In this document: piece after piece, positions 37,371 through 50,629 of the stretch
Layout of the letters: every line of letters begins with the position of its first letter
Numbering within the stretch: position 1 is the first letter of the stretch
Position numbers and translations under genes: made by a program
Assembly (NCBI RefSeq): GCF_018350175.1
Contig: NC_058368.1
Span: 31,436,001 to 31,500,000 of the forward strand
Reading direction: 5' to 3'
From: Felis catus
Lineage: Eukaryota
Length of the DNA: 64,000 nucleotides
Notes under the pieces: generated by a model
The model's database searches: none
What the model saw: the letters and a program-made list of their open reading frames with translations, nothing else
What the model was told of the DNA's origin: nothing

Positions 37371-40300
37371 ATTCAAACATTCAGCAGTGTTTGGCCTTAA
37401 GTTATATTTCTGATTGACAGGTCTGCCAAAGTATTAGAAAGCCTTGATTATAAGTATCATATGTTATTCATATTGACTGTTGACAGCAACATTTCCCAGA
37501 CTTTCCTCACTTCCAACAATCAAACCAATGACTCTTTTCAGTCTCATTGTGTATGTGCAAAAGAACAGAAAAGAAATGCTGCCAAGACACAAAACTGGAC
37601 CAGACATGGGAACGGAGAGCTTCAGTGTATAGGGATGGATGATGACCACTTTGAAGGCAGGTATAATTCTGAAGAAACATACATCTGGTAGAATTACCAG
37701 GGTGAAGAAATAGATGTGACCTCACAAACAGAATACTAGCTCATAATCTCCTTTCCTATTATCACCTAATGTTTGACCACAGAACCAAGAAAGACAATGA
37801 GACAGAAATGGAAGAGAAAGCATTTTCAAAGCCTAAAGCATCAAATTGGCACTCATGACACTAGTCCTATTGAAACAAATATATTTGGGTTAAAAATTAG
37901 CACATCTTTTCATTTTAAACTATTAAGTGCTGAGAAATTTACTTTTGAGTTTTGAGAGCAGTTAAAGGGGAAGAGAATTCCCATGATTTATGGTATTAGG
38001 GCTAGGTGATGCACTCAGAGTGGTGCTCAGTCAGAAGTAAGGTGCAAAGGAACAAAAACTTTTATGATGATCCTTTTGTGGCCTCTAACTAGATATATCA
38101 CTTTTAATTGATTGACCACTACATCATGTTCCGTATGAATGATGATTTTTTTATTCTGTTATCTTAGGAGAAAGTCTCTATATTTATATTTTGGATGTTA
38201 AAACATTGTTGAGGATATACTATTACAAGAAACCATTTTTATAAACATTAACCTAAAGGTAAAAGATGGATACGGGATTTCTGTTGTTGGGAGCCAATCT
38301 CAGCTGTCCTTGAGATATAGACAATGTACTTATTTATTTTTTCTTATGCTTTATTCAGTTTTTAAGGAATTATTCCAGCAACGTATCTGGAAAATGGCAC
38401 TCACAATGAGCAAAACTCTTTCTTGAGGTCTTTCATGGTACGTTGAGAGAATTCATATAGAGAGACACAGTTCCTCTAATTGTAATCCATTTTATAGAGC
38501 AGAAAAGCTTTGCAAATCAATGAGAGGATATTTCAATTGAGCTACTCATTTACATGAGTGAGCCTATACAGCCTGTTCATCATGCTTTGGTGTAGGAGTA
38601 TATAATTTCTGCATGGCGGCACAAAGATAAACTACCCAGGTAAAGTCAGAAAAGATTTCATCAAGTTATGGTATTTGGTGGAAGTGTAAGCAGATGGGAA
38701 GGAACTAGTGATTTGGGGACTTATACAGTTAAAAGAGGGGGGATTAGGGAAACGAAAATAGAAAGGGTCAAAATTAGACAATTATGGCTTAAAATGAAAA
38801 CCAAAATAAAAAGGAGAGACTGGGAGCATCCCTGTCTCTGAGATTGAAGGGAAAGGAACAGAAGGTAATATATCAAGATGATTAGGCGATTTGAGGACAA
38901 CACGATTATGAATTACAAGCTGTGGTCTCTTATTTATCCTTTGTGAAAAAAACAAATGAAATAATCCAAGGTGAGGTGGAAGTATAACTTGACGTTAGTC
39001 TGTGCTAATGGTAATGGAAGGAAATGAACAAGGTAAAAAAAAGGCTTTCTGGGTCATGGTGATGGCTTGATTGAGATGGGAATTTAATATCCATTTGAGT
39101 GAAACTCAACTGCTCAGATGGTTCTCCTGTTGTGCTTGAGAACCACTTTGCTGAAGAGGAGAAATATAATTGCAGAATTTAGTTGAGGTTGGAATTTCAG
39201 ATAAAAATATAATGTGAAGGTTGACATAATGAGGGAGTTGAGAGAAATAATGAGAAATTCAAGTAAACAACCATGGCTTAAGATGCTAAAATAACAATAA
39301 AAAAGAAGGGACTGAATAAAAAGGAGGTGGATTGAGATGATATATTAGCCAAGAAAAAATGGGGAAGGATATGAAGAAGTTTAAGGACTGGATGAAGTAG
39401 CAGATCAGAACTGTCAGGAGTAAAAGAATAAGGGAAGTAGAAAGGTAAGCTGTAGTCAGATACTGGTGTTTAAGAATTCAAGTCTATGGATGTTCACAGC
39501 ATAAAAACAATTTCCGGAGTAATAACAAACTACAGGAGTTATAAAGATCATTGGACCTTGTAAGTGCAAGGAACTAAAAGACTGAGTTATGTTGGGTTTA
39601 TATTTAAATAACTTACGATTTATTAAACAAAATTTTTTTTTCAGAATTGATACCTACTAAGAACTATTTAAGAACTGAGACACCACATTGAGAAAAACAA
39701 GGCATGGAGTTTAGTAGTCAGCTACTAACCAAGTAACCAAGTAACATATTAATGTATTATGTTAGAAAATATATCAGAGTTAGGACATAACAGGGTGACA
39801 GGGACAGTTTCTTCAGTATCCGGGGAAAACATTTCTGTAAAGATAACATTTAAGCAGAGACCTGAATAAATAGGAAATAATGAAACATAAGACTATTTGA
39901 AGCAAGAACACTTATGATAGAGCCTATAGCAAGTGTAAAGCTCAGAGGTAGTAATGTTTGCTGTGTTGCAAGAACGGACAAGGGTTTGATGAAGCCAGAA
40001 TATAAAGGATTGGCCTCGTATTAAGTATTGGCAAGAATGATGACTTGCACTCAGCTCAGGACACATCATTTTGACTCCCACACAGGCTAGAGTAATGCGA
40101 AGGAGGCATATGATCTCAAAGACATATGATAGAGCAGGTGGACACAGCTCCCTGTTGGTGGACATAGCTCCCTGTTACAGCCCTCCTTCTTCACTGATAC
40201 ATGCTAAAGTCCTAGGCTTTCAGTGACCTGTACAGATGGAGCAATTCACCAGATCACTGGTTTTTATACAATTTTAAGAACTTGGCTTCACTGATTTTTA

Positions 40301-40515
40301 TACAAGTTCAAAACAGGCAGGTAGAGGGAGAACAGGGGGGTGGGGCAGATTAATGAGTTCAAATTACCTAGCTCTAAGGTTCACATTCTAGAATCCCAAT
40401 TTCCTGATGTACCACAATTATTTAACATTGTTAATTTCCCAATTTATTTCATGTTGCATCATTGGAGCTGCTCACAATGTCAGTACAGCAGAGCAGCTAT
40501 TGAAAAATGGTTGGA

Positions 40516-40736
40516 GGGGCACCTGGGTGGCTCAGTCGGTTGAGCGTTCGACTTCAGCTCAGGTCAAGATCTCACAGCTTGTGAGTTCAAGCCCCACGTC
40601 AGGCTCTGTGCTGTGCTGATAGCTCAGAGCCTGGAGCCTACTTCTGATTCTGTCCCCCTATCTCTCTGCTCCTCCCCTGTTCACTCTCTCTCTCTCAAAA
40701 AATTAATAAACATTAAAAAATAATTTTTTAAAAAAG
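40516..40736 (+). mobile_element. Can-SINE
   Basis: Intact head; perfect TSD aaaaatggttgga (40503-40515 / 40737-40749). Confidence 0.95.
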
Positions 40737-40900
40737 AAAAATGGTTGGAAATGAGTTTAGAGTAGTAGACTGGTTCAATCATATTAAACCTTGTAGAATA
40801 TAGTAAGAGCTTTATCATAAGTATTAAGGGAAACCATTTGAAGTGTTAAAAAGGGGATTGAATTGTAGAACGCAATTTGTGATATAAATAGGGTAGGAAA

Positions 40901-41121
40901 GAGGCGTCTGGATGGCTTAGTCAGTTGAGCGTCCAACTTTGGCTCAGGTCATGATCTCATGGTTTAAGAGTTCAAGCCCTGCATCAGGCTTTGTCCTGAT
41001 AGCTCAGAGCCTGGAGCCTGCCTGGGATTCTGTGTCTCCCCCTCTCTGCCCCTCCCATGCTCATGCTGTGTCCCTCTCTGTCTGTTAATAATAAATAAAT
41101 AAATGTTAAAAAAAAACATTT
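40901..41121 (+). mobile_element. Can-SINE
   Basis: SINE body; TSD aatagggtaggaaa / aatagggtagggaa. Confidence 0.93.
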
Positions 41122-43674
41122 AATAGGGTAGGGAAGAGAAACCAGGATGTAGAGAAACTGAATGGGAGAATATTGTAAAAACTCATGTAAAAAGGTAGCT
41201 TAGCTTGGGTAGTTGAAATAGAGCTAGTGATGTGGGATATGATTTTTATAGTATTTACATCTTTAAAAGTAACAAAACACATAAAATATGCTTAGGAATA
41301 GGATGTGGGATGTATAAAAGAGGAATCAAAGATGACTGAGGGATTTCTTCTTTGGCCAACTGTGGACAGTGTTACTATTTATTAAGATGAAACACACTGA
41401 AGGCAAAGTCACATTTTTGTGAACGGTGGAGAGGACAGGGTTTGGTTTTGGTCACGCTAAGTTTCATAGTCCTTTAGATACGAAAGTGAAGATATCAGGA
41501 TATATGATTCTTGATACCAAGGCAAATGACAGGGCTGAGCAACTTATTAATTATCATCACCCAGGGGAGACTGGCTGAGCACTTAGAAATTGAATGGATG
41601 CAGAAAGAAGAGCTCCTCAGACTGAGCAGAGACACCCGAAGAGGAAGAAGAAGGTAATGAGATCGATGGATTGGAACCATGTTGAAATTGAGTAAATGTT
41701 GGGGTAGAAGTGCTGCAGAGAAAGTGCTGGAAAAAAGAGAAGGCAACAAAAAGTACATTCCAGAGACAAAGTGGATCATAAAGACTATGTACTGATTCTT
41801 ATAGGGATTGTACTCTGGCAATGAGTCCAATGGGCACTTTGGACTCTTCATATTAACTTATATACCAAAGTTGAGAACATGATGGAATTAGTGTTACTAT
41901 TCTACCTGAGGAAGAAGATATTTCCAGTTATAGCCTGATCCTTTAATAATGAGGCAGGTATTCTGTATGTATGGGCCAGACAGGATGGAAGAGATAAGCG
42001 GTGTACTCAGTAGTAAAAAATGATTAAAGCTTTTTTCCCCCAAATCCAATGTTGGTAATTATTCAGGCTGGGGGATAATTGGTTTGTCCACCAAAGCACA
42101 ATTCTTAGGTCTTTCACCTATCTGCTTTGGATAATGTTGAGACCAGGGAGAGGGTGGTTTTACATAAGGATGCAGAGCTCTGTGAGTCTCCTTCCATCTT
42201 TCTAAGGGCAGTATTGAACCAGGCATACGTCAAGCTTTGGAGACCTTTCTTCAACGTTACCATGGTTGTGATGAGGAAAAAGGAGGTGTGGGTTTAACAG
42301 GAATGAGAAGGATAATCACAAGGATTCAGGTGGAAATAATTACAGTCCAAATCATGAAATACATGAGTGACTGACTAGAGATAAGTTAGTAATAATAAGA
42401 AAAAAAAAAAAAGACACCAGGACAATGGGAATGTTTTTACATGGAATTAACCTTAAAGGGACAAAGTTTATTTTTTCATGACTGAAAAAAAACTGCTTTT
42501 CAGGATACAATGAATAAAGAAGAAAATTACACCACTTCTTTTCTTTTTCCATGTGAAGTGAAAGATCAGCAGTTCCAATGTAAGATATCTCTCAAAGGAG
42601 AGCTAGCATTAATGTAAGCAGATGCAGACAGCAATCTCTGAAGAGGTTAAATGAAAAAAATAAATAAATAACTTAAGTAGAAATCCCAGAGACTGTAGTC
42701 AACAAGGTTGCAAGAGAAGTCAATAATTTTGGATTGATATGTATGCAAAAGACTTAGAAAATAAAGGCGCAAAGGGGCAGATTAAAATAATACATCATAA
42801 AATAAAATTATGTCCTTAAACTTACTTGATTATTCAGTTAGATTGCAATACTATTGTTATTAAAATGAATTCTAAATTAGCTCATTTAAAATGTTCATAT
42901 TAGTGCCTTTTTGCCACAATAAATGACTTTAAAGCATTATTAAGTGAAACAGCTAATGCAAAATACTCATCATCTTGGAAGGCTTTGTTTCAGCAACATC
43001 TGGAAATAGGTTAGCATATGGGTGTGTGTGTTTGTGTGTGTGTGTAATATACATATTTATTTAGATACATATTTATTTAGAAATATGTAAACATACACAT
43101 TTATTGAGAAATATATGTGAGTGTTAATACCATTAACTAGTAATTTATCTAGTATTTACTGGAGTATACATGTTGTCTATACCTAGAAGGCTGAATAAAT
43201 CTAGGATTTCCTAAGGAGTTTCATGTCGAAATTAGGGATTTATGAAAGACAAGTACACAGTTTAGATTAAACCACATAAGTGCGTGATTTAGAAATGTAG
43301 TATTTAGAAACATGGTTCTATTTATCTGCAGATGGAAAAACGTGTGTATGTTATAAATTTGTGTTTACATTAATAGAAATTTATTTTTAGTCTTCTTTCG
43401 ACAATGAGTGGTATTATTTTTTATGCAAACAATATATGTTTATAGCCACATTTAACACCACCACCCTTTCCATAAATATTTCTTGTGTTTGCCGTTATCT
43501 TCATTTGTTCTCCTTTCTAGTTAAAGAACCTCTTTTCTCTTTTGTGTGATTTGGGTAAGAATTAGTTCCCATCTCCACAACACAGATGTGAATTTTTTAC
43601 CCAGTATTAATCACTAGTCTCAGTAATTAATTCTTGAATATTCACATAAATAAAGCAAAAACAAATGTAATCTT

Positions 43675-45067
43675 TTTTTTTCAATATATGAAATTTATTG
43701 TCAAATTGGTTTCCATACAACACCCAGTGCTCATCCCAAAAGGTGCCCTCCTCAATACCCATCACCCACCCTCCTCTCCCTCCCACCCCCCATCAACCCT
43801 CAGTTTGTTCTCAGTTTTTAACAGTCTCTTATGCTTTGGCTCTCTCCCACTCTAACCTCTTTTTTTTTTTTCCTTCCCCTCCCCCATGGGTTTCTGTTAA
43901 GTTTCTCAGGATCCACATAAGAGTGAAAACATATGGTATCTGTCTTTCTCTGTATGGCTTATTTCACTTAGCATCACACTCTCCAGTTCCATCCACATTG
44001 CTACAAAGGGCCATATTTCATTCTTTCTCATTGCCACGTAGTACTCCATTGTGTATATAAACCACAATTTCTTTATCCATTCATCAGTTGATGGACATTT
44101 AGGCTCTTTCCATAATTTGGCTATTGTTGAGAGTGCTGCTATAAACACTGGGGTACAATTGCCCCTATGCATCAGTACTCCTGCATCCCTTGGGTAAATT
44201 CCTAGCAGTGCTATTGCTGGGTCATAGGGTAGGTCTATTTTTAATTTTCTGAGGAACCTCCACACTGTTTTCCAGAGTGGCGGCACCAATTTGCATTCCC
44301 ACCAACAGTGCAAGAGGGTTCCCGTTTCTCCACATCCTCTCCAGCATCTAGAGTCTCCTGATTTGTTCATTTTGGTCACTCTGACTGGCGTGAGGTGATA
44401 TCTGAGTGTGGTTTTGATTTGTATTTCCCTGATAAGGAGCGACGCTGAGCATCTTTTCATGTGCCTGTTGGCCATCTGGATGTCTTCTTTAGAGAAGTGT
44501 CTATTCATGTTTTCTGCCCATTTCTTCACTGGGTTATTTGTTTTTTGGGTGTGGAGTTTGGTGAGCTCTTTATAGATTTTGGATACTAGCCCTTTGTCCG
44601 ATATGTCATTTGCGAATATCTTTTCCCATTCCGTTGGTTGCCTTTTAGTTTTGTTGGTTGTTTCCTTTGCTGTGCAGAAGCTTTTTATCTTCATAAGGTC
44701 CCAGTAGTTCATTTTTGCTTTTAATTCCCTTGCCTTTGGGGATGTGTCGAGTAAGAGATTGCTACGGCTGAGGTCAGAGAGGTCTTTTCCTGCTTTGTCC
44801 TCTAGGGTTTTGATGGTTTCCTATCTCACATTCAGGTCCTGTATCCATTTTGAGTTTACTTTTGTGAATGGTGTGAGAAAGTGGTCTAGTTTCAAACTTC
44901 TGCATGTTGCTGTCCAGTTCTCCCAGCACCATTTGTTAAAGAGACTGTCTTTTTTCCATTGGATGTTCTTTCCTGCTTTGTCAAAGATTAGTTGGCTATA
45001 CGTTTGTGGGTCTAGTTCTGGGGTTTCTATTCTATTCCATTGGTCTATGTGTCTGTTTTTGTGCCAA
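43675..45067 (-). mobile_element. 5'-truncated young felid L1 (same family as 7307-13272)
   Basis: Near-identical to ~11830-13215 in reverse; ORF2 C-terminus in one frame with a single TAG at 44821-44823; perfect 17-bp TSD aaaacaaatgtaatctt (43658-43674 / 45066-45082). Confidence 0.97.
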
Positions 45068-45296
45068 AACAAATGTAATCTTAAATATGACTAATTTGCC
45101 ATAACTATTAGAGAAGAAATCATCTTTTTCCTTGAAGTTATTGGTCATTAGTGTGTAAGTCTTGGGCCACCTTGGCTATAGTTTCTCACAGCTCCATTCC
45201 TCTGTACATACTCATGTTTTCCTTAGATCTACTCCTATTGACTATTCATCTGGCAAATTCCTATTAATATATCACCCTAACACTCTCTCTATTCTT

Positions 45297-45444
45297 TCAC
45301 TTTTTTTTTTGTTTTTTGAATAGAGTTGACACACAATGTTACATTAGTTTCAAGTAAACAACACAGTGACATATTCATATTCATATTAAACTCAAGAAAT
45401 CTGATTAAAAAATGGTAAGGACGTAAACAGACATTTTTCTAAAG
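45297..45444 (-). mobile_element. Short L1 insertion with inverted 5' segment
   Basis: Poly-T plus minus-strand L1 3' end, then plus-strand ORF2 piece aatctgattaaaaaatgg...aacagacatttttctaaaga; degenerate 18-bp TSD. Confidence 0.7.
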
Positions 45445-46199
45445 AACACTCTTGTTATTCTTAAGAGATATAATAATTAAGGAATTTATTTTATGTTGGC
45501 AAGGTGTTTCATTGTCTCTATTTCTACTTGACTTACACTCTGCCTTCATTATAATATAAACAATGAATAATTATTATATTGAGATACTTTTATTGCAATA
45601 TTGATTTTTATAAATGTAATATTAAAATGTGATAGGGATAAATTATGATCAAGACGGTGTTCTCATTAAATTGTTTGAGGACCACAATCTTTTGCCTTTG
45701 TTAAGGCAAAGATTTGCCTACCAAGAAGTTAAAGACAGAACATTAACATTATAGAACCATGCTTAACACAGTAAATATTTCTAATGATCACAAATGAAAG
45801 ACATAGAATAGTCAGCAAGTTGATGTGAACAGTTTGCCAATTTCCAAGTTAGGTGTCCAAGACAGCTTGGAAAGTTCACTCTATGCTTCCCACATAAGAT
45901 AATGAACCAAAACCAAGTTTTCTGCTGAGGTGAAACTTCCCATTTATGAAAAAAAAATTTAAATAAGTCACTGCAAGCTTTTTCTGGGAACTACAATTTA
46001 TCTGAAACTGTGTGTTAAATGGAAAGAAGGTCACATACAGTGCCTTCTGATGAAGCCCTGAGTCAAGCTTCCACTACACATTTGTTTGATGGACATATCT
46101 GGAATGTTCCCAATGTCTGTGTGTTGGAAGCCCCTAGAAACCAACGTATAACCAGATTCTGGGCTGAGGACTCCAGATAATGATCACAAAACCACTAAA

Positions 46200-47600
46200 T
46201 AGGGAAGAAAGTGCACAAAGAGAAAGAGGAACAATTAAAGATCAAAACTTCATACTTAAAATGATCTCACAAAGCAAAATTCAATTCCACGCATGTGAGG
46301 GAAATTAACACATTATAACATTGTATGTTATAATGAAACAAAAGCATTATTTAAAAATTAATTTATTTAAATGAAATGAAAAAAATGGAGCAATCAATCT
46401 ACAATACTTAAAAATTAACATATATAAGGCTCCAAAGATAAAAATGAAGTAATGATATTCATAAATAGAAGAAATTAGTAAACATAATCTGGCAGACATT
46501 AAACAAGAAGGGAAAATATGAAAAAATAAAAATCTTAGAAATTAAAAATATAGTTTTTGAACTTAAATTCCAGGCCAAGAAATTACTAAACATAAGTAGA
46601 TATTTATTTTAAAAGAACAAATGAATGTAAAAAAGCTAAAAATCTTGGAAATGAAAAATAGTGAAATTTAAACTTTAAACTTGAGGGGCACCAGGGTGAC
46701 TCAGTTGGTTGAGTATTAGATTCTTGGTTTTGGCTCAGGTTATGATCTCGCAGTTTGTGGGTTCAAGTCCCTCATCAAGCTTCATGCTGGCAGTGTGGAG
46801 CCTGCTTGGGATTCTCTGTCACCCTCTCTCTTTGCTCCTCCCCTGCTCAAGCTCTCTTTCTCTCTCTCTCTCTCAAAATAAATAAATAAACATGAAAAAA
46901 AAACTTTAAAAACTTTAGACTCAATGTAGTCAAATCATCGACAAATTAGAAGACTGTACTGCTAAATTAACCTAGATTAAGCAGAGACAGAAAAAAAAGA
47001 TTAACAAAAATATGAAAATATTAACTAAGAGACTTGTAGAATTGTTGGAGGATCTAACATAGGTCAGTAGATATTTAAGGAGGGGGAAATAGGTATATTA
47101 TCAAAGGAAAATATTATTAGAAGTTATGGCTGTTGCTTTTCCAGAGTTAAAGGTGGACATAAGTTATTAGATTAACAGTTAATTTTAAGGAGCAAGTGGG
47201 AAAAATAAAAAAAAATTATTCTAGAAACCAAACAACAACAAAAAAAGCCAAAACATAGCAATGACAATGGTATAAAACTTTAAAAACTGCCACAAAGACA
47301 GACAATCCAGCTTCTTAGGAGCATCAGTAGACGGTATGAAACAATGGAGAAATGCTTTCAAAGTTCTGGGGAAAATAAACAGCTGAACCAGAATTATATG
47401 CACAGGTAAAATGTAGGAACACTGAAGAATGACATGGAGACAAGGGCAATATGAGACATCTGTTTGTGACAGTTAGGGTGGTCAGAGACCTTCAACAGCA
47501 GAGCCAAAGAAGACTTCTCGTTAAGTCAAGATGGCTTGACTGATGCTAGACTTCTTATTAGCAACAACATATACTAGAAGGCAATGGAGAATTATGATCA
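46200..47600 (+). mobile_element. Ancient L1 ORF1/HAL1-like remnant
   Basis: A-skewed; gatctaacatagg, aacaatggagaaatgctttcaaagttctggggaaaa...aaccagaattatatgc, gacttcttattagcaacaac...agaaggcaatggag. Confidence 0.6.
46685..46902 (+). mobile_element. Can-SINE
   Basis: ggggcaccagggtgactcagttggttgag head; CT tract; AATAAA tail. Confidence 0.92.
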
Positions 47601-48904
47601 AGGTAGTGAGTAACCCAAAAAGTGGGGCTAAGACTGAGAATATTTGTTCCAGGATAATGAGCTCATCCAAAGCAATCCTAAGTACTGTTACAACGATCAA
47701 TTTAAAAGAGGGAATGGCCTCATGAGAATGTTTGCTAGAGTGCAAATTTCTATGACAGGAACAATGTTAAGATATTTTAAGCAACTAAATTAATCAATTA
47801 AAAATCAGAACAAATGAGTCATGGTAGGATTGAAGAAAACCTAAGATCATTAGACAGAAAGAATGTGTTTGAATTAACACACATACTGTCCTCCTAGTGC
47901 TGAATCTCTAAAAGTCTGTTATAACGTTGGGAGTCTGGCAATAGGACAAGTTCCAGAAATTTCAGTATAAAACTTTAAAAACATAGACAAAAAAGGAAAA
48001 TAATTTTTAGAAGTAATTTACCCACTCATTAGAGAGGGAAACAGTAAGAAATCACTAAATTTTTCTTCAGGATGACCTGGAAAGTAATTTTCTACACATA
48101 GATTTAATGTAGTAAAAACATACAGTTTCTCTACTAATTAATGTCTAGAATAAACCATCTAAAACTTTTTTTTGCCAGGCATTTGGGATACAATAACATG
48201 CAAATTAACAGAAATATTCTCTCATGGATTCTATAATCTGAACAATAGTACAGAGGGAGGTACACAATAAACTAAATAGGTAAACTGTAGTGTAGGTTAG
48301 ATTATGATAAATGCTACATACAAATACTGAAGCAGGCAAGGGGAATAGAGTGTATTAAGGATAGGAAAACAAAACTTAGATGGAATGGTCAGAAAACACG
48401 TCATTCAGAAGTAACAGTAAGTTATCACCGAACAAATGAAAGAATGCCACGAATCTGTCCTCCTTTATTTTTATCATTATGGCTTTATGTTCTACAAAAT
48501 TCCACAATTCATTTCACTCTTGTGTCACAGCCACATTTTCAGAGCATGCTAATTTCTTTTTCACTCTAGAAATTCTATCTAGAATGTTTTTCCTCAAAAT
48601 TTGTTAAAAATTACATGACCAGCTATATGTAATTTCATATTTTGAGACATAATGTTGTTACAAGAATTTAAGAAATACAGCCAACTATTTCAAGTGCATT
48701 TAAATCCCACCTATGCTTTAAGACTCGGTTAAAAATTATTTCCATCCAAACTCTTTCATGTGTTCTTCTTAGAAGAAATTCTTTTGGCTTCTATTATTGC
48801 TAATTATTTACCTGCCTCTTTCTTACATTAGATTGGAAACTGTACCTGTTAGTCATCTTCATATCCAACAAGTATAGTAGAGTCCTCTTTAATATTAAGA
48901 GCCA

Positions 48905-49120
48905 GGGGCACCTGGGTGGCTCATTTGGTTTAGTATCTGACTTTGGCTCAGGTCGTGATCTCATAGTTCATGGGTTCGAGCCCTGAGTCGGGCTCTGTGC
49001 TGACAACTCAGAGCCTGGAGCCTGCTTCAGATTCTGTGTCTCCCTCTCTCTGTGCCCCTCCCCCCACTCACACTTTGTCTCTCTCCCAAAAATAAATAAA
49101 CATTAAAAAAAATTAAAAAT
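48905..49120 (+). mobile_element. Can-SINE
   Basis: ggggcacctgggtggctca head; TSD atattaagagcca / atattgagagcca. Confidence 0.94.
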
Positions 49121-49134
49121 ATATATTGAGAGCC

Positions 49135-49466
49135 AAAACCATTGCTAGGACAGGCAAAGCCAGGGGAGGGAGAAGTTACCAAAATTCCAGGAAAGTGTGT
49201 ATGGAGAGAACCCTTGGATGGTTCTGAGTAGTGCTGATAAATGTATACAGTGAATCTACAGAGACCTGGCAGAAAGGCCACAGGAAAATAAATGCATGGC
49301 TTCACCCTCTTGTCCTATTTCTTGTGCCTTTATATATTTTAGTTGAATCCAGAGAAGGAGAACAAGTGTCTTATTGATGCAGTTCATTGAATCAGCTCTC
49401 CTGGGCACAGAGCAGGTTGACAATCAGGGAGAACAGATCCAGGGGGGAAACAAGATATGCAGAACA
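49135..49466. mobile_element. ERVL LTR fragment (LTR33-like)
   Basis: gatgcagttcattgaatcagctctcctgggcacagagcagg...gagaacagatccagggggga resembles an LTR33 terminus (recalled). Confidence 0.5.
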
Positions 49467-49711
49467 TATGTCCATATTAAACCATGAGAATACTTAATAT
49501 TCTTAAAGTATTATTTGGATATATAGAGATAAGTATGTAACACCACAAAATTTGATTATGAATCCCCTGTCAACATTATAAATCATAGTGGGAGGTAAGA
49601 CTTATCATTATCACATGTATTTCACATATTTCATGTCTATAATTGAAAACATTTTTTCAACAGTTATAGACTTAAATCTAGTGATATTCTATTGCTCAAC
49701 TTTACTTTTAA

Positions 49712-49895
49712 TTTTCTTTAATATATATTTATTTTTTGGAGGGAGAAGAACATAGGGAGATAGGAAGTCTGAAGCAGGCTCCAGGCTCTGAACTGTCAGC
49801 ACAGAGCCTGACCCAGGACTCAAACCCACAGATTGCAAAATGATGACCTGAGCCTAAGTTGGATGCTTAACCAACTGAGCCACCCAGGTACCCCC
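49712..49895 (-). mobile_element. Can-SINE (internally shortened)
   Basis: ccaactgagccacccaggtacccc head; TSD caactttacttttaa (49697-49711 / 49896-49910). Confidence 0.92.
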
Positions 49896-50629
49896 CAACT
49901 TTACTTTTAAAATCTAACAATTGAAAATTAAATCTGATTGTACACATTCAGATTCATCCATAAAATTGCCATTACAGTGTCTTTAACAATCTTCTTAGGC
50001 AAGAGACTTAAAAGTATGACTTTTGTCCAGTGATGTGAACTACAATAGAATTCATAGGGAACTTACACATTTTAAGAAAATTATATTGGTAGAAACACAA
50101 CTAATTTGGATAAAAGGGGTAGAAAAAGCACCAAATTTAAAAAACGGTTGGGGATCTTTTGGTTATCTGGATTACTGAGTGAAAAAAAATGAGCATCAAA
50201 TTCAGGCATTTTTCTGAAGAGGGGCAATGCGGAGAGTGGAACAAGGGTCCTGGTAATTCATTTTCAAACAGCAGGATTGAGTCCTAATGAAGGAAATAAA
50301 AACTAGTGCCAAACTTGATGCCAGATTTGCAGTAGGCCTCCTCTTTCTCTTCTTTTTAAAAGCCTGCCCCACCATTGTATTTAGGGTAGGGAGCGGGAGG
50401 CAGAGAACCTGTCTCTTTAGTTCCTACCTCTTCAAATTATTTCTAAACATGAGGAATTGCATCAAAGGAGTTTCTTCCACAATCTGACTTTACTTAATTA
50501 AAGGGATCCTGGATCTGGAGTTTGTGCCTAATGCCAAAACGTGATGAGATTTTGGTAGGGGGCTGGGGGAGTGTGGATTTGGGTAGGTAGGGAAGTGTAT
50601 TTTTCATATACAGGAAAGTGACATAGGAT

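Larger units (their letters stand above)
39640..41490 (-). mobile_element. Fragmented L2, interrupted by two SINEs and other sequence
   Basis: Purine-rich L2-type motifs: gataacatttaagcagagacctgaata, gggaaaccatttgaagtgttaaaaagggg, agaggaatcaaagatgact, gggtttggttttggtcacgctaagttt. Confidence 0.6.

Noticed and set aside
37461..37691. 76-aa plus-strand ORF with cag| and |gtataa boundaries
   Set aside because: Weak splice signals, no recognisable homology, and a length expected by chance
43048..43115. Degenerate repeats of acatatttatttaga
   Set aside because: AT-rich low-complexity tandem next to a (GT)n tract; no unique spacers, so not CRISPR-like
43906..44712. 268-aa ORF
   Set aside because: C-terminal part of L1 ORF2 in a truncated, promoterless copy
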